From Alphaproteobacteria bacterium (lineage in GTDB: Bacteria > Pseudomonadota > Alphaproteobacteria > Rs-D84 > SZUA-605): 64,000 nucleotides of DNA. A program made the position numbers and the translations under genes. The notes beneath the pieces were generated by a model that did not search any database, was not told where the DNA came from, and saw only the letters and a program-made list of their open reading frames with translations. Location of the stretch: positions 390,661-454,660 of the forward strand of contig JAVBPW010000001.1 of NCBI GenBank assembly GCA_031549385.1. The letters are read 5' to 3'. Positions 17,528 through 26,438 of the stretch are shown in pieces. Numbering within the stretch: the stretch's first letter is position 1; every line of letters begins with the position of its first letter.

Positions 17528-18211
17528 ATGATATCTGTTGAATATATAAAAAAGATTTTTGATAAAACTGTTCCTTGTGTTTTACATAAGGATGATGATA
17601 AGGCATCGGCTGCCAAATTATGCAAGACTGCTATTGATATGGATTTCAAAAAACTTTGTGTAAAACAATCTTTATATGATTTTACTTTTAATTGTTTGGA
17701 TAGAAAAGGTAAAGACTTAGCTTTGTACCTTGTTGGAAAGTCTATTGGTGATATGCAAAAAAATATTTTAATGTACAAAGATTATAATGTTAAAAATATA
17801 TTTGTGATGTTTGATAAAGAAGTTATAGAGCTTTCTGATATTGATTCTGTGTTTGGTGAATTAAAAGGTGTGTTTGAATTATCTAAGATTGTTTTTTGTA
17901 TCAGGTCCGATGATTTTATTTTGTTTGATGATATTGGAAAATTTGTACAAAAATTGAAAAGCTATGGAATAAAGAAAATTAATATTATTGAGAGGGGTCA
18001 TAAAATTACTATCTCTGCTTATGATTATTTGAAATATTTGCATGATGAAAATTTGAGTGTGGTTCTTTATTTTACTCCAGATGTTTATGATGATGCCGAA
18101 CTAATTTATCGAATTTATGAAAGTAAGCGAATCGTAAATCCTAATCAAAAGATTTATTTCTGCTTTCCTTTGAGTATGGCTATTACTCGTAATATTACTT
18201 TGGTAGAATAG
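17528..18211 (+). CDS. Hypothetical cytoplasmic protein (possible degenerate DeoC-like TIM-barrel; weak)
   Basis: 227 aa, no signal peptide or TM helix. 'HKDDDKASAAKLCKTAIDMDFKKLCV' loosely recalls the DeoC N-terminus. Confidence 0.4.
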   Translation: MISVEYIKKIFDKTVPCVLHKDDDKASAAKLCKTAIDMDFKKLCVKQSLYDFTFNCLDRKGKDLALYLVGKSIGDMQKNILMYKDYNVKNIFVMFDKEVIELSDIDSVFGELKGVFELSKIVFCIRSDDFILFDDIGKFVQKLKSYGIKKINIIERGHKITISAYDYLKYLHDENLSVVLYFTPDVYDDAELIYRIYESKRIVNPNQKIYFCFPLSMAITRNITLVE

Positions 18212-18306
18212 GTTAATGTTCCTATTGACATAATTAAACTTATGTCATATTAGGAAATAATAGAACAATAATGTTTTAAGTTAATAAATATATAAATTTC
18301 TAAATA

Positions 18307-18567
18307 ATGGGTAAAAAAGTTCCACATGAGAATGGTGGTGATGCCACTTGGTCTCAAGTTATTAATAATGCTGAAAGGTGGTTAGGAGATGATTCTCGCC
18401 AATCTGATGATAATAAGTCTCAAGTTTCTGCAGATGGAACAAGAGCTATTCGTATGGGAGATCATGAAACAAAAACAGATACACCTCATGTACATTTTGA
18501 AGTACGTGCTGAAGATGGGGTAACTGTTATCGCTGATAATCGGGTTAATATAACCAGTTATGATTGA
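18307..18567 (+). CDS. Small GC-rich ORF with an M23-peptidase-like 'PHVHFEVR' zinc-ligand motif (fragment, or minimal toxin-like domain)
   Basis: 86 aa. 'TKTDTPHVHFEVRAEDGVTVIADNRVN' versus M23 'TGxSTGPHLHFEVRxNGxxVNP'. Lacks a canonical HxxxD motif and a signal peptide. GC clearly above local background. Confidence 0.4.
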   Translation: MGKKVPHENGGDATWSQVINNAERWLGDDSRQSDDNKSQVSADGTRAIRMGDHETKTDTPHVHFEVRAEDGVTVIADNRVNITSYD

Positions 18568-18932
18568 TTTTTGAGGGGGAGTTTTTCCCCTTCATTAATA
18601 TAGGAGTTAAAATGGGGTATGTTCAAAAAAGATCTGAAAAGTTTTATTTAGATAAGTCTAAAGATGAGTATATTGTTTTATTTAAAGGGTATAATGATGA
18701 TCCTGTTGATGGCAATATTCATTATTTGTTTGAATATTATTATGAGGGTAGAATAGAAGGTGATAGTTTTATTGCTGAAAGAAAACTAAATGATAAACTA
18801 TATAAGTTTGGAGCTAAAATAAATTCAGCATTAAATTTAAATGATTTAATTTATGGTATAATTAAATTTGCTATGGACACATATGAGGTTCATATAGACA
18901 GAAATGATATTATAGATTTTGTTGAATTTTAA
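18564..18932 (+). CDS. Small acidic hypothetical protein, overlapping the previous ORF by 4 nt (immunity-like partner?)
   Basis: 122 aa, no signal or TM. ATGA overlap suggests translational coupling. Confidence 0.4.
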   Translation: MIFEGEFFPFINIGVKMGYVQKRSEKFYLDKSKDEYIVLFKGYNDDPVDGNIHYLFEYYYEGRIEGDSFIAERKLNDKLYKFGAKINSALNLNDLIYGIIKFAMDTYEVHIDRNDIIDFVEF

Positions 18933-18933
18933 C

Positions 18934-20439
18934 CTATTTTTTCTTTTCACTTTTTTTCACAATGTTTAAAACAAAAGTTATTCCAAGCAATAATACACAA
19001 AATATAAATAATGGGATTTGCTTGGTTACTGAGTAAATGGTTGCATATCCTCTGTCTGGAATTTTAAAGTCTATTATTCCTGATGTGTTTAATGGAAGAG
19101 ATTTTAAAATTCTTCCGTTTGAATCTATTACTGCTGATATTCCATTATAGCCTGCGCGAATCACTGGTTTGCCTTCTTCGATGGCTCTTAGTTGTGCTTC
19201 TACTAAATGTTGATATGGGCCACGTGATAAGCCATACCATGCATCATTAGTTAATATAAGTATGAAGTTTGGGTTGGTGTTCTTTTGAACTACTTGGCCT
19301 GAGAATATTCCTTCATAACAAATTAATGGTGAGAATGAAAAGCCGTCTGCTGTTATTGTTTCTAATCCTTCACCTGGTGTTAAATCAGTTAATTGATTTG
19401 TTATTGTTTTCATTGGGATATATTTTTTAAATGGAATGTATTCGCCAAACGGAACTAAATGTGATTTTGCATAGGTGGCTATTACTCCACTTTTGTTAAA
19501 TAAGCCCACCATATTAAATAGTTTTCCAGAATTGTCTGCATGAGGGAAGCCTGTAATTAAATAATTATTTTCATTTAATATTGAAGTTGCTAATGTTCTT
19601 GCAGTTGTTGCATTGATTAAATCATATGAAACTGCTGTTTCTGACCAGATTATGAAGTCTGCTTTTTCACCTTGTTTAGAGAATTCTAAATGAGTTAGAA
19701 AATTTCTTTCTACTTCTTCTGGTTTCCATTTTAATTTTTGTTGGATTCCTGGTTGAACTATTTTTACTGTTTGGTCTGTTAGTTTTATTGGTCTGATTGT
19801 TATGGTGTTTATTACCATTAATCCCATTACAGCAAGAGAAGTAAAACCTATTAATGAAGAAATAGATTTTTTGTTTTGTTGAAAGTTAAATATTAAATAT
19901 ACAAAACAGCCTAATAGTATTGTTAGGAATGTTAGACCGTTTGTTCCTATGATTGATGCGCTTTGTAGAATGTAGTTATAGTCTGACCAGATTGCGCCTA
20001 TTTTATTCCATGGGAAGCCTGTTAGTAAACATTCACGCAATATTTCTAGAATAGTAAATGATGATGTGAATATTAAAACTTTTGAAAGGGAGTTTTTACC
20101 AAAGTAGGCTAATAATGATGGAATTGCAAAGAATAAACCAAAGACTATACCAACACCTGCATAGAAAAATGGAATTAGCCAACTGAAGGTGTCTATTGTA
20201 AATTCGTCTATTAGTAATGCGTTTGTTATCCATGATAGACCAAATACAAAATGTGAGAATCCAAAAATATATCCATAAAGAAATGCTTGTTTTTTGTTTT
20301 GTGCATTAAATACTATGAATGTGAAGATTATGAATGGTATGAAAAATGCTGGTAAAAAGTTGTTTGGAGCGAATCCATGGTTTGATATAAATCCTTTTAG
20401 AGCTAGGGCTATGTATTTTAAAATTTCTTTTATCTTCAT
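18934..20439 (-). CDS. lnt: Apolipoprotein N-acyltransferase
   Basis: N-terminal multi-TM region plus C-terminal CN-hydrolase domain ('LICYEGIFSGQ'). Confidence 0.9.
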   Translation of the reverse strand: MKIKEILKYIALALKGFISNHGFAPNNFLPAFFIPFIIFTFIVFNAQNKKQAFLYGYIFGFSHFVFGLSWITNALLIDEFTIDTFSWLIPFFYAGVGIVFGLFFAIPSLLAYFGKNSLSKVLIFTSSFTILEILRECLLTGFPWNKIGAIWSDYNYILQSASIIGTNGLTFLTILLGCFVYLIFNFQQNKKSISSLIGFTSLAVMGLMVINTITIRPIKLTDQTVKIVQPGIQQKLKWKPEEVERNFLTHLEFSKQGEKADFIIWSETAVSYDLINATTARTLATSILNENNYLITGFPHADNSGKLFNMVGLFNKSGVIATYAKSHLVPFGEYIPFKKYIPMKTITNQLTDLTPGEGLETITADGFSFSPLICYEGIFSGQVVQKNTNPNFILILTNDAWYGLSRGPYQHLVEAQLRAIEEGKPVIRAGYNGISAVIDSNGRILKSLPLNTSGIIDFKIPDRGYATIYSVTKQIPLFIFCVLLLGITFVLNIVKKSEKKK

Positions 20440-20441
20440 TT

Positions 20442-20885
20442 TTAATCCTTATATGGGTTTTTGATATTTAACTTTTTTAAAAGTTCAATTTCTTTTTGTT
20501 CCATTTTATTTGCATCTTTATCTTTTATATGGTCAAGACCTTGTAAATGCAAAATCCCGTGTATTAGCAAATGAATAAAATGATCGTCTGTTTTTTTACC
20601 TTGTTTCTTTGCTTCACTTCTTATTTTATCAATAGATATTATAATGTCACCTAAATAATTTTGGTCTTTTGTTTCAAAAGATAATACGTTTGTTGGTTTA
20701 TTTTGATTCCTGAACTCTTTGTTTAGTTTTTGAACTTCTTTGTTGTTATCTATTACTAATGTTAGTTCTTTTTTGTCAGATTTAAATAAAGGTAGAACTT
20801 TATTAATCAGTTTTTGAATGTCTGAGAGATAGAACCATGTTTTTATTTTACAATTATTGATTAAATTAATCTGCATTGATTTCAC
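20442..20885 (-). CDS. ybeY: Endoribonuclease YbeY (rRNA maturation factor)
   Basis: 'HLLIHGILHLQGLDH' zinc-binding H3xH5xH motif. Confidence 0.9.
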   Translation of the reverse strand: MKSMQINLINNCKIKTWFYLSDIQKLINKVLPLFKSDKKELTLVIDNNKEVQKLNKEFRNQNKPTNVLSFETKDQNYLGDIIISIDKIRSEAKKQGKKTDDHFIHLLIHGILHLQGLDHIKDKDANKMEQKEIELLKKLNIKNPYKD

Positions 20886-22149
20886 CTCTTAGGGAACTTT
20901 GAGTTCCTGATGTTATTTTTACTTTTTGAATTGTGTTTGTTAATTTTGGACTTCCTTCCAATATAACATTTTGCATATAAATAGTGCGGCCAGATAGTTT
21001 TGTTTTGGTTTTATCATAGCCGTCTATTAAAACATCCATTGTTTTACCTACACATGATTGATTGAATTCTTTTTGATTTTTTAATAATGCGGTTTGTAGT
21101 CTTTTTAATCTTTCTTCTTTTATAGGATCGTCTACATCATCTTTTAAGATATATGCAGCTGTATGAGGACGTGGTGAATATTTGAATGAAAAGGAAGTTA
21201 TGAACTTTACTTTTTCTACTATATCCAATGTATCTTCAAAGTCTTTTTCAGTTTCTCCTGAGAAGCCTACTATAAAATCAGATGAGATTTGAATGTTTGG
21301 GTTTGTCTTTTTTAGTTTTTCTATGATACCTAAATATTCTTCTCTTGTATATCTGCGGTTCATTCTTTTCAAAATTTTATTTGAGCCTGCTTGAATTGGA
21401 AGATATATAAATGGAACTAGCTTTGGAGTTGTTGCAAATAATTCAATTTGTTCATCTGTTAAATATGATGGGTAAGATGTTGTAAAGCGAATCTGTTTTA
21501 CTTTATCTATCTTTGCTGTCTGGTTTACTAAATCAACTATTGTATAATTTTCATATTTGTAGTTGTTTACATTTTGGCCTAAGAAATTTATTTCTAATGC
21601 TCCATTTGCAACCAAATTATTTACTTCTTCCATTATATCTTCAAAAGGTCTAGAAAATTCACGGCCTCTTGTGTATGGAACTATACAATATGTGCAAAAA
21701 TTATCACAACCTTCCATGATTGAAACAAAACCAGTTGAAGTTTGATTTTTTGATTGTGGAAGAGAATCGAATTTTTCTATACCACGATAATTAGTATCAA
21801 TTACTTTTAAATCGTTTTTTAATGCAGTTAGAAGTATATGCCATGATTGTGGTCCAAAAACATAGTTAACATATGGAGCTCGTTTGAATATTTCATTTTC
21901 AGCTTCTTTTGCTACACATCCTATTACTGCTATTTTAGCTTCTTCTTTTTTTGCTTTTTTAAAACGACCAAGTTGAGAAAATATTTTGTCTGTTGCTTTT
22001 TTTCTTACAGCACAGGTGTTTACTATTAATAAATCTGCTTCTTTTAAATCAGTTGTTTCTTTCCATCCTTCTTTTATTAATGCATCAGATAAACGAGTAG
22101 AATCGTAAACGTTCATTTGACAGCCAAAAGTCTTTATTAAAAAGTTCAT
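20866..22149 (-). CDS. miaB: tRNA-2-methylthio-N6-dimethylallyladenosine synthase
   Basis: 'FLIKTFGCQMNVYDS' MTTase N-terminus. Radical-SAM 'CDNFCTYCIVP'. TRAM C-terminus. Confidence 0.9.
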   Translation of the reverse strand: MNFLIKTFGCQMNVYDSTRLSDALIKEGWKETTDLKEADLLIVNTCAVRKKATDKIFSQLGRFKKAKKEEAKIAVIGCVAKEAENEIFKRAPYVNYVFGPQSWHILLTALKNDLKVIDTNYRGIEKFDSLPQSKNQTSTGFVSIMEGCDNFCTYCIVPYTRGREFSRPFEDIMEEVNNLVANGALEINFLGQNVNNYKYENYTIVDLVNQTAKIDKVKQIRFTTSYPSYLTDEQIELFATTPKLVPFIYLPIQAGSNKILKRMNRRYTREEYLGIIEKLKKTNPNIQISSDFIVGFSGETEKDFEDTLDIVEKVKFITSFSFKYSPRPHTAAYILKDDVDDPIKEERLKRLQTALLKNQKEFNQSCVGKTMDVLIDGYDKTKTKLSGRTIYMQNVILEGSPKLTNTIQKVKITSGTQSSLRGEINAD

Positions 22150-22290
22150 TTATTCACCTGTTTGATATTCAACTGTGTTTGTTACTATTTTTTGTTTCAT
22201 TTTTGGAATGAAAAAACATAAAAATATTGCGATTACAATTAATATTATTTTAAAATATTTTCTGTGTTTGTTTTTACGAAATCTTGGCAT
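22150..22290 (-). CDS. 46-aa small membrane protein directly upstream of, and abutting, miaB (TAAATG junction)
   Basis: MPRFRKNKHRKYFKIILIVIAIFLCFFIPKMKQKIVTNTVEYQTGE: basic N-terminus plus one TM helix. Below the ORF-track size cutoff. Confidence 0.3.
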   Translation of the reverse strand: MPRFRKNKHRKYFKIILIVIAIFLCFFIPKMKQKIVTNTVEYQTGE

Positions 22291-22428
22291 TTTAACCTTC
22301 TTTATAATTTTAATTGCTTATATTATAGAAAGTATTTTATAAAAAACATTAAAAATTTAATAAAAGTGCTTTTTTTTTGTCCATTTTTGTGATATTATCT
22401 TTGTAGAGAGAAATAAAAGGAGATTTTT

Positions 22429-24624
22429 ATGAATAAAAAGTTTTTTATAGGATTGGGCGTTTTAGTAGTTGTTTTAGGTTTTAGTGCTAATGCTTATGCT
22501 CAACGTGCTAATACATCTGCAGCTGTGAAAAAACAACAAACTGGTAGAGCAGGAGTTGCACGAGCAGGAATTACACGTATAACAACTGTTGCGACAAAAG
22601 TTCCAACAAGTGGTGGTACAACTACAGATACAACAACTGATGATACAAAATTAGATTCACTTGCTTGTTCAAAAGCTTTTTATAATAAACTTGTTGAAAG
22701 TGGAGTTTGTGGGGGAGCCAACTTATCTACATGTAATGCTGATTTCAAAGTTTCTTTGATGAATGGGGATTATACAGCTTTTATGGCAAGTAAAGGTTAT
22801 ATAGCTCAAACAGTATTTACAAATTGTGATTGTGGAACTGACAGTGCTGGAACTGCTTTGGATTGTAAGAAGGTTGCTGCTATGTATGTTGGTTCTGTTA
22901 TGACTGATGGAATTATTAAAGATTATTATTCTTGCCAAAGAAGTTTTAATTCTTGTGCTAATGCAGTTTGTGGAACTGATTATGCTAATTGTGCTGATCT
23001 GTTAACAGAAAAAACTTATCCAACTGATGGAGTTGAATCTGCTCAAGCTATTTCTAGAGAATTAGAAAAGTTATTAGGTGAATTAAACTCAGGTAGTGCT
23101 TATGCTTCTACTATTTCAGGAGTTGGTACAAGACTTCAAAAAAGATTAGGAGAATGTCGCGCTAATATCTTAGATAAGTGTGAAATCGCTTCTGCTGATG
23201 GTACTTCTGATAATGCTACAAGAAGACAAGAAATCTTTGATGAATATAGAGATGGATTAATCAGAAATGGTTCAAAAGCTTTGATTGCTCGTTATGGTAA
23301 TGATGCTAAGAAAAGTATTATGGATGCATATTCATGTGTTGATTCAGTTGATGCTTGTATGAAAAAACAATGTGGAAGTGACTATAACAAATGTTTAAAT
23401 GATGACTTTACAGTTAATACTTCTGCTGTAAATAACTTCAAATCACTTTGCCAACAAGATCTTATTTCTTGTGCTGAAGTAAGAGCATTGGCTCAGTTAG
23501 AGGGATACCAATACTTAGCTGATGTTAAGGTTGACGGTGTTGCTCAAGTATGGAATGATTTTATTACAAACAGAGTGCTTGCTTATGCTAATGCAAAAGC
23601 TGTGGATCGTAAGAAATTAGAAGAAAAATTAGAAAATCTATTATCATTTGCTCAAAAGAGCTGTCAAGATAATGGTGGTGTAGTTCAATTTATCCAAGAA
23701 AAATTGGCTATCTACGACGCAAAATATGGTACATCACGTACAAACGATCAGGTTGCTAATGATACTGGATTGTTTGGAACTACTACAGTTGATGGTGATT
23801 TAGAATATTCAACAACTGCAAATGATGGAGCTCGTAAAGGGGATAGATTTTATAACAAAATGGTTTGTGCGTTCCCGTTAACAGGAAACAAAGATGCTAA
23901 TTCAAATATGCCAAAAATCATATTAATGGGTGAAAGCAAGGTTTGTGATGCTACATTCTTTGATGTTGATAAAAAAGCTGGTGGAAGAATTGTAGGTTCT
24001 ATCGTTGGTGCTGGAGTTGGTACTGCTGCTGGATTGTTGACAAGTGGTGCATTGAAGAAAGACCCATCAAAAGATATTGCTGATATTAACATAGCTATTC
24101 TTAAAGTAGAAGAATGTATAGCAGCAAAAGATGATGTTAATAAATATGATAAACTTAGAGAAGAAGCAGCTAATTTAGTTAATAAGGCTGGTGTTATGGT
24201 AACTGTTGATAATGCTTGTGATTCTGGAACAAAAGCGAGTTTGACTAAAAAGTTAGATCAAGGTGGTGGAAAATTAATTGAAAATCAAAAAGCTCAAAAT
24301 GCTGTACTTGGTACTGCTGGTGGGTTAGCTCTTGGTGCTGCTGGATTTGGTGTTGGTTCTGCTATTGATAAAAAGAATGCTGAAAAGAAACAAGATGAAT
24401 TGAAGTGTGTTGTTGGTGGAAAACAATATGCAATTGGAGAAACAATTACTGTTGCAAGAAGCTCAGCTTTCAGAGAACTTGAAGATTTCTATCAACAAAA
24501 TCCTAACTTGTTGGCAGAAAGAGGTGAATACATCAATTCTAAGTACAGAGGTGAATCTGTAGTTGCTGGACCTCAAGGAGATCAGAAAGATAGCAATATT
24601 AAGAATGAAAGTTTATTCCAATAA
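22429..24624 (+). CDS. Large secreted Cys-rich protein (731 aa) carrying two glycine-zipper helices of the 5.4-8.1 kb family
   Basis: Signal peptide ...ANAYAQR. N-terminus 'AQRAN..TGRAGVARAGITR' resembles the 5420 protein. About 30 Cys in paired CxnC spacing. 'GGRIVGSIVGAGVGTAAGLLTSGALKK' and 'NAVLGTAGGLALGAAGFGVGSAIDKK'. Strong RBS. Confidence 0.75.
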   Translation: MNKKFFIGLGVLVVVLGFSANAYAQRANTSAAVKKQQTGRAGVARAGITRITTVATKVPTSGGTTTDTTTDDTKLDSLACSKAFYNKLVESGVCGGANLSTCNADFKVSLMNGDYTAFMASKGYIAQTVFTNCDCGTDSAGTALDCKKVAAMYVGSVMTDGIIKDYYSCQRSFNSCANAVCGTDYANCADLLTEKTYPTDGVESAQAISRELEKLLGELNSGSAYASTISGVGTRLQKRLGECRANILDKCEIASADGTSDNATRRQEIFDEYRDGLIRNGSKALIARYGNDAKKSIMDAYSCVDSVDACMKKQCGSDYNKCLNDDFTVNTSAVNNFKSLCQQDLISCAEVRALAQLEGYQYLADVKVDGVAQVWNDFITNRVLAYANAKAVDRKKLEEKLENLLSFAQKSCQDNGGVVQFIQEKLAIYDAKYGTSRTNDQVANDTGLFGTTTVDGDLEYSTTANDGARKGDRFYNKMVCAFPLTGNKDANSNMPKIILMGESKVCDATFFDVDKKAGGRIVGSIVGAGVGTAAGLLTSGALKKDPSKDIADINIAILKVEECIAAKDDVNKYDKLREEAANLVNKAGVMVTVDNACDSGTKASLTKKLDQGGGKLIENQKAQNAVLGTAGGLALGAAGFGVGSAIDKKNAEKKQDELKCVVGGKQYAIGETITVARSSAFRELEDFYQQNPNLLAERGEYINSKYRGESVVAGPQGDQKDSNIKNESLFQ

Positions 24625-24636
24625 AATTTAAAAATT

Positions 24637-24666
24637 AAAGCCCCATTTTATGGGGCTTTTTTATAT
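24637..24666 (+). terminator. Intrinsic terminator (AAAGCCCCAT-TTT-ATGGGGCTTT plus T-run)
   Basis: Hairpin followed by TTTTTT. Confidence 0.7.
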
Positions 24667-24757
24667 CTTTAATATTAAAATATTTTTTAATTTTCTTTAT
24701 TTTAAATAAGTAATCTTTATAATCAATTTATATAATTAGTAAAAAGATGAGGATAAA

Positions 24758-25426
24758 ATGAAATCATATAAATATCTTTCTGTAATATCAGGTTTGTTTG
24801 TTATGACGTTGATTCTATCAAACGTATTGGATACAAAAATTTTTAATTTATTTGGTTTTATCGACTTACCAACTGGTATTTTAATATTTCCACTTGCTTA
24901 TGTGTTTGGAGATGTGTTGACTGAGGTTTATGGATATGCTGCATCCCGTAAGGTTATTTGGACTGGATTTATCTCTCTTATAGCTTTTACTTTATTTACA
25001 ACTTTGGCGATACATTTACCTGCAAGTTCAGGTTGGACATTGCAAACTGAATTTGCTTCAGTATTTTCCCATATGCCAAGAATTGTGCTTGCAAGTATAA
25101 TTGCATATTTTTGTGGTGAGTTTGTGAATTCTTATATCGTTGCAAAAATGAAAGTTTTTACTGATGGGAAAAGAATGCCATTGCGATTTGTTGTATCAAC
25201 TATATTTGGAGAATTTGTAGATATGATATTGTTTGCAGTAATTGCGTTTGCAGGGGTATTGCCATTTAAGTTGTTAATTTCATTAGGACTTTGTGCTTGG
25301 GCCTTTAAAATTGTATGGGAAATTATAGCTTTGCCAATAACATTACCATTAGTAAAAAGATTAAAGAAAATTGAAAACGAAGATTATTTTGATCAAAAAA
25401 CAGATTTTAATCCTTTCAAATTATAA
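24758..25426 (+). CDS. yhhQ: Queuosine-precursor transporter, YhhQ family
   Basis: 'FPLAYVFGDVLTEVYGYAASRKVIWTGF' conserved YhhQ motif. Six or more TM helices. Confidence 0.8.
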   Translation: MKSYKYLSVISGLFVMTLILSNVLDTKIFNLFGFIDLPTGILIFPLAYVFGDVLTEVYGYAASRKVIWTGFISLIAFTLFTTLAIHLPASSGWTLQTEFASVFSHMPRIVLASIIAYFCGEFVNSYIVAKMKVFTDGKRMPLRFVVSTIFGEFVDMILFAVIAFAGVLPFKLLISLGLCAWAFKIVWEIIALPITLPLVKRLKKIENEDYFDQKTDFNPFKL

Positions 25427-25445
25427 TTAAATAATTTGTAATTAT

Positions 25446-26438
25446 TTATGGGTTGGTTAGCTGGAATTCTATACGTCTGTTGTATTTTCTGTGTGCTGGA
25501 GTGTCGTTTGGAGCCAATGGTTGATATTCCCCAAAGCCTGTTGGAACTAGGTATTTTGCAGGAACACCTTTTTGTGTTAGGTAAGTTACTACTGCTCTTG
25601 CTCTTGCATAAGAAAGGTCGAAATTGTCTTTAAATCTTGTATTTGTTTTGCTTAATGGAACGTTATCTGTGTGGCCGTCTACACGAACTATCCAATCTAT
25701 ATTTTCTGGAATCTTTTGAATAATATTTTTTAATATTGTCGCTACTTTATCAAGTTCTTTTTTACCATTTAATCCTATATTATCTGAACCTGGAGCAAAT
25801 AGTAATTCACCTTGTAATACAAATCTGTCACCTTTTTTTTCTATGGCTTCTTCTGAACCAATTGAGGAATTTAATTCTTGAAAGAATTGTGAACGAACTT
25901 CCATTAAGTCTGCTGTCTTATTTGCCAAAGCTCGGTTTAATTGTTTTCCTAGTTCAACAATTTCTACATCTCTTTTTAGCATTTCTACTCTATCGTTTTC
26001 TAATATAATACTTAGCTTTGATATTTCATTTGTTAATTCTTGAATCCTTCCTTTCATAGCTGTCTTTGTTAGGTTTTCTTGATTTAATAGACTGTCGTTT
26101 TCTATGATTTTGCCTTCTAGTGATGCTATTACTTGATTGTATTTATCAATTTGATCTTTGTAGGAAGTTAATTCACTTTCTTTATTATTCATATTTGATG
26201 ATAGTTGATTTATTCTGTTTTGTAGGAGAGCTATTTCTTGTTGTTTCTTTAAGTTTTCTTTGTGCAATACTTCAAAGCTTGCTTGTTGCTTTGTGGTTGT
26301 TGATAATTTGTAATTAAGTAAGAATTGAAACATTACAAATATGAATAGAAAGAATAATAATAGAGCTATTGTATTTGAAAATAAGTCTATAAATCCTGAA
26401 CCGTATGCTTCTTCAACTGTTTGGTTTTGTCTTCTCAT
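25446..26438 (-). CDS. MotB/OmpA-like protein: N-terminal TM helix, ~150-aa coiled coil, C-terminal OmpA-type peptidoglycan-binding domain
   Basis: TM 'IALLLFFLFIFVMFQFLL'. Heptad-rich residues about 45-200. C-terminus 'VRVDGHTDNVPL...LSYARARAVVTYL...NRRIEF' is an OmpA_C-like motif. Confidence 0.75.
   Translation of the reverse strand: MRRQNQTVEEAYGSGFIDLFSNTIALLLFFLFIFVMFQFLLNYKLSTTTKQQASFEVLHKENLKKQQEIALLQNRINQLSSNMNNKESELTSYKDQIDKYNQVIASLEGKIIENDSLLNQENLTKTAMKGRIQELTNEISKLSIILENDRVEMLKRDVEIVELGKQLNRALANKTADLMEVRSQFFQELNSSIGSEEAIEKKGDRFVLQGELLFAPGSDNIGLNGKKELDKVATILKNIIQKIPENIDWIVRVDGHTDNVPLSKTNTRFKDNFDLSYARARAVVTYLTQKGVPAKYLVPTGFGEYQPLAPNDTPAHRKYNRRIEFQLTNP

Noticed and set aside
18307-18567. 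Barnase/RNase Sa-family (guanyl-specific ribonuclease) interpretation of the 86-aa ORF ('GTRAIR...PHVHF' versus 'GTRRII...DHYATF')
   Set aside because: Catalytic residue spacing (Glu to Arg about 23 aa versus about 10) does not fit. The contiguous 'PHVHFEVR' match to the M23 peptidase HxH block is stronger. Retained only as an alternative to test by HHpred.
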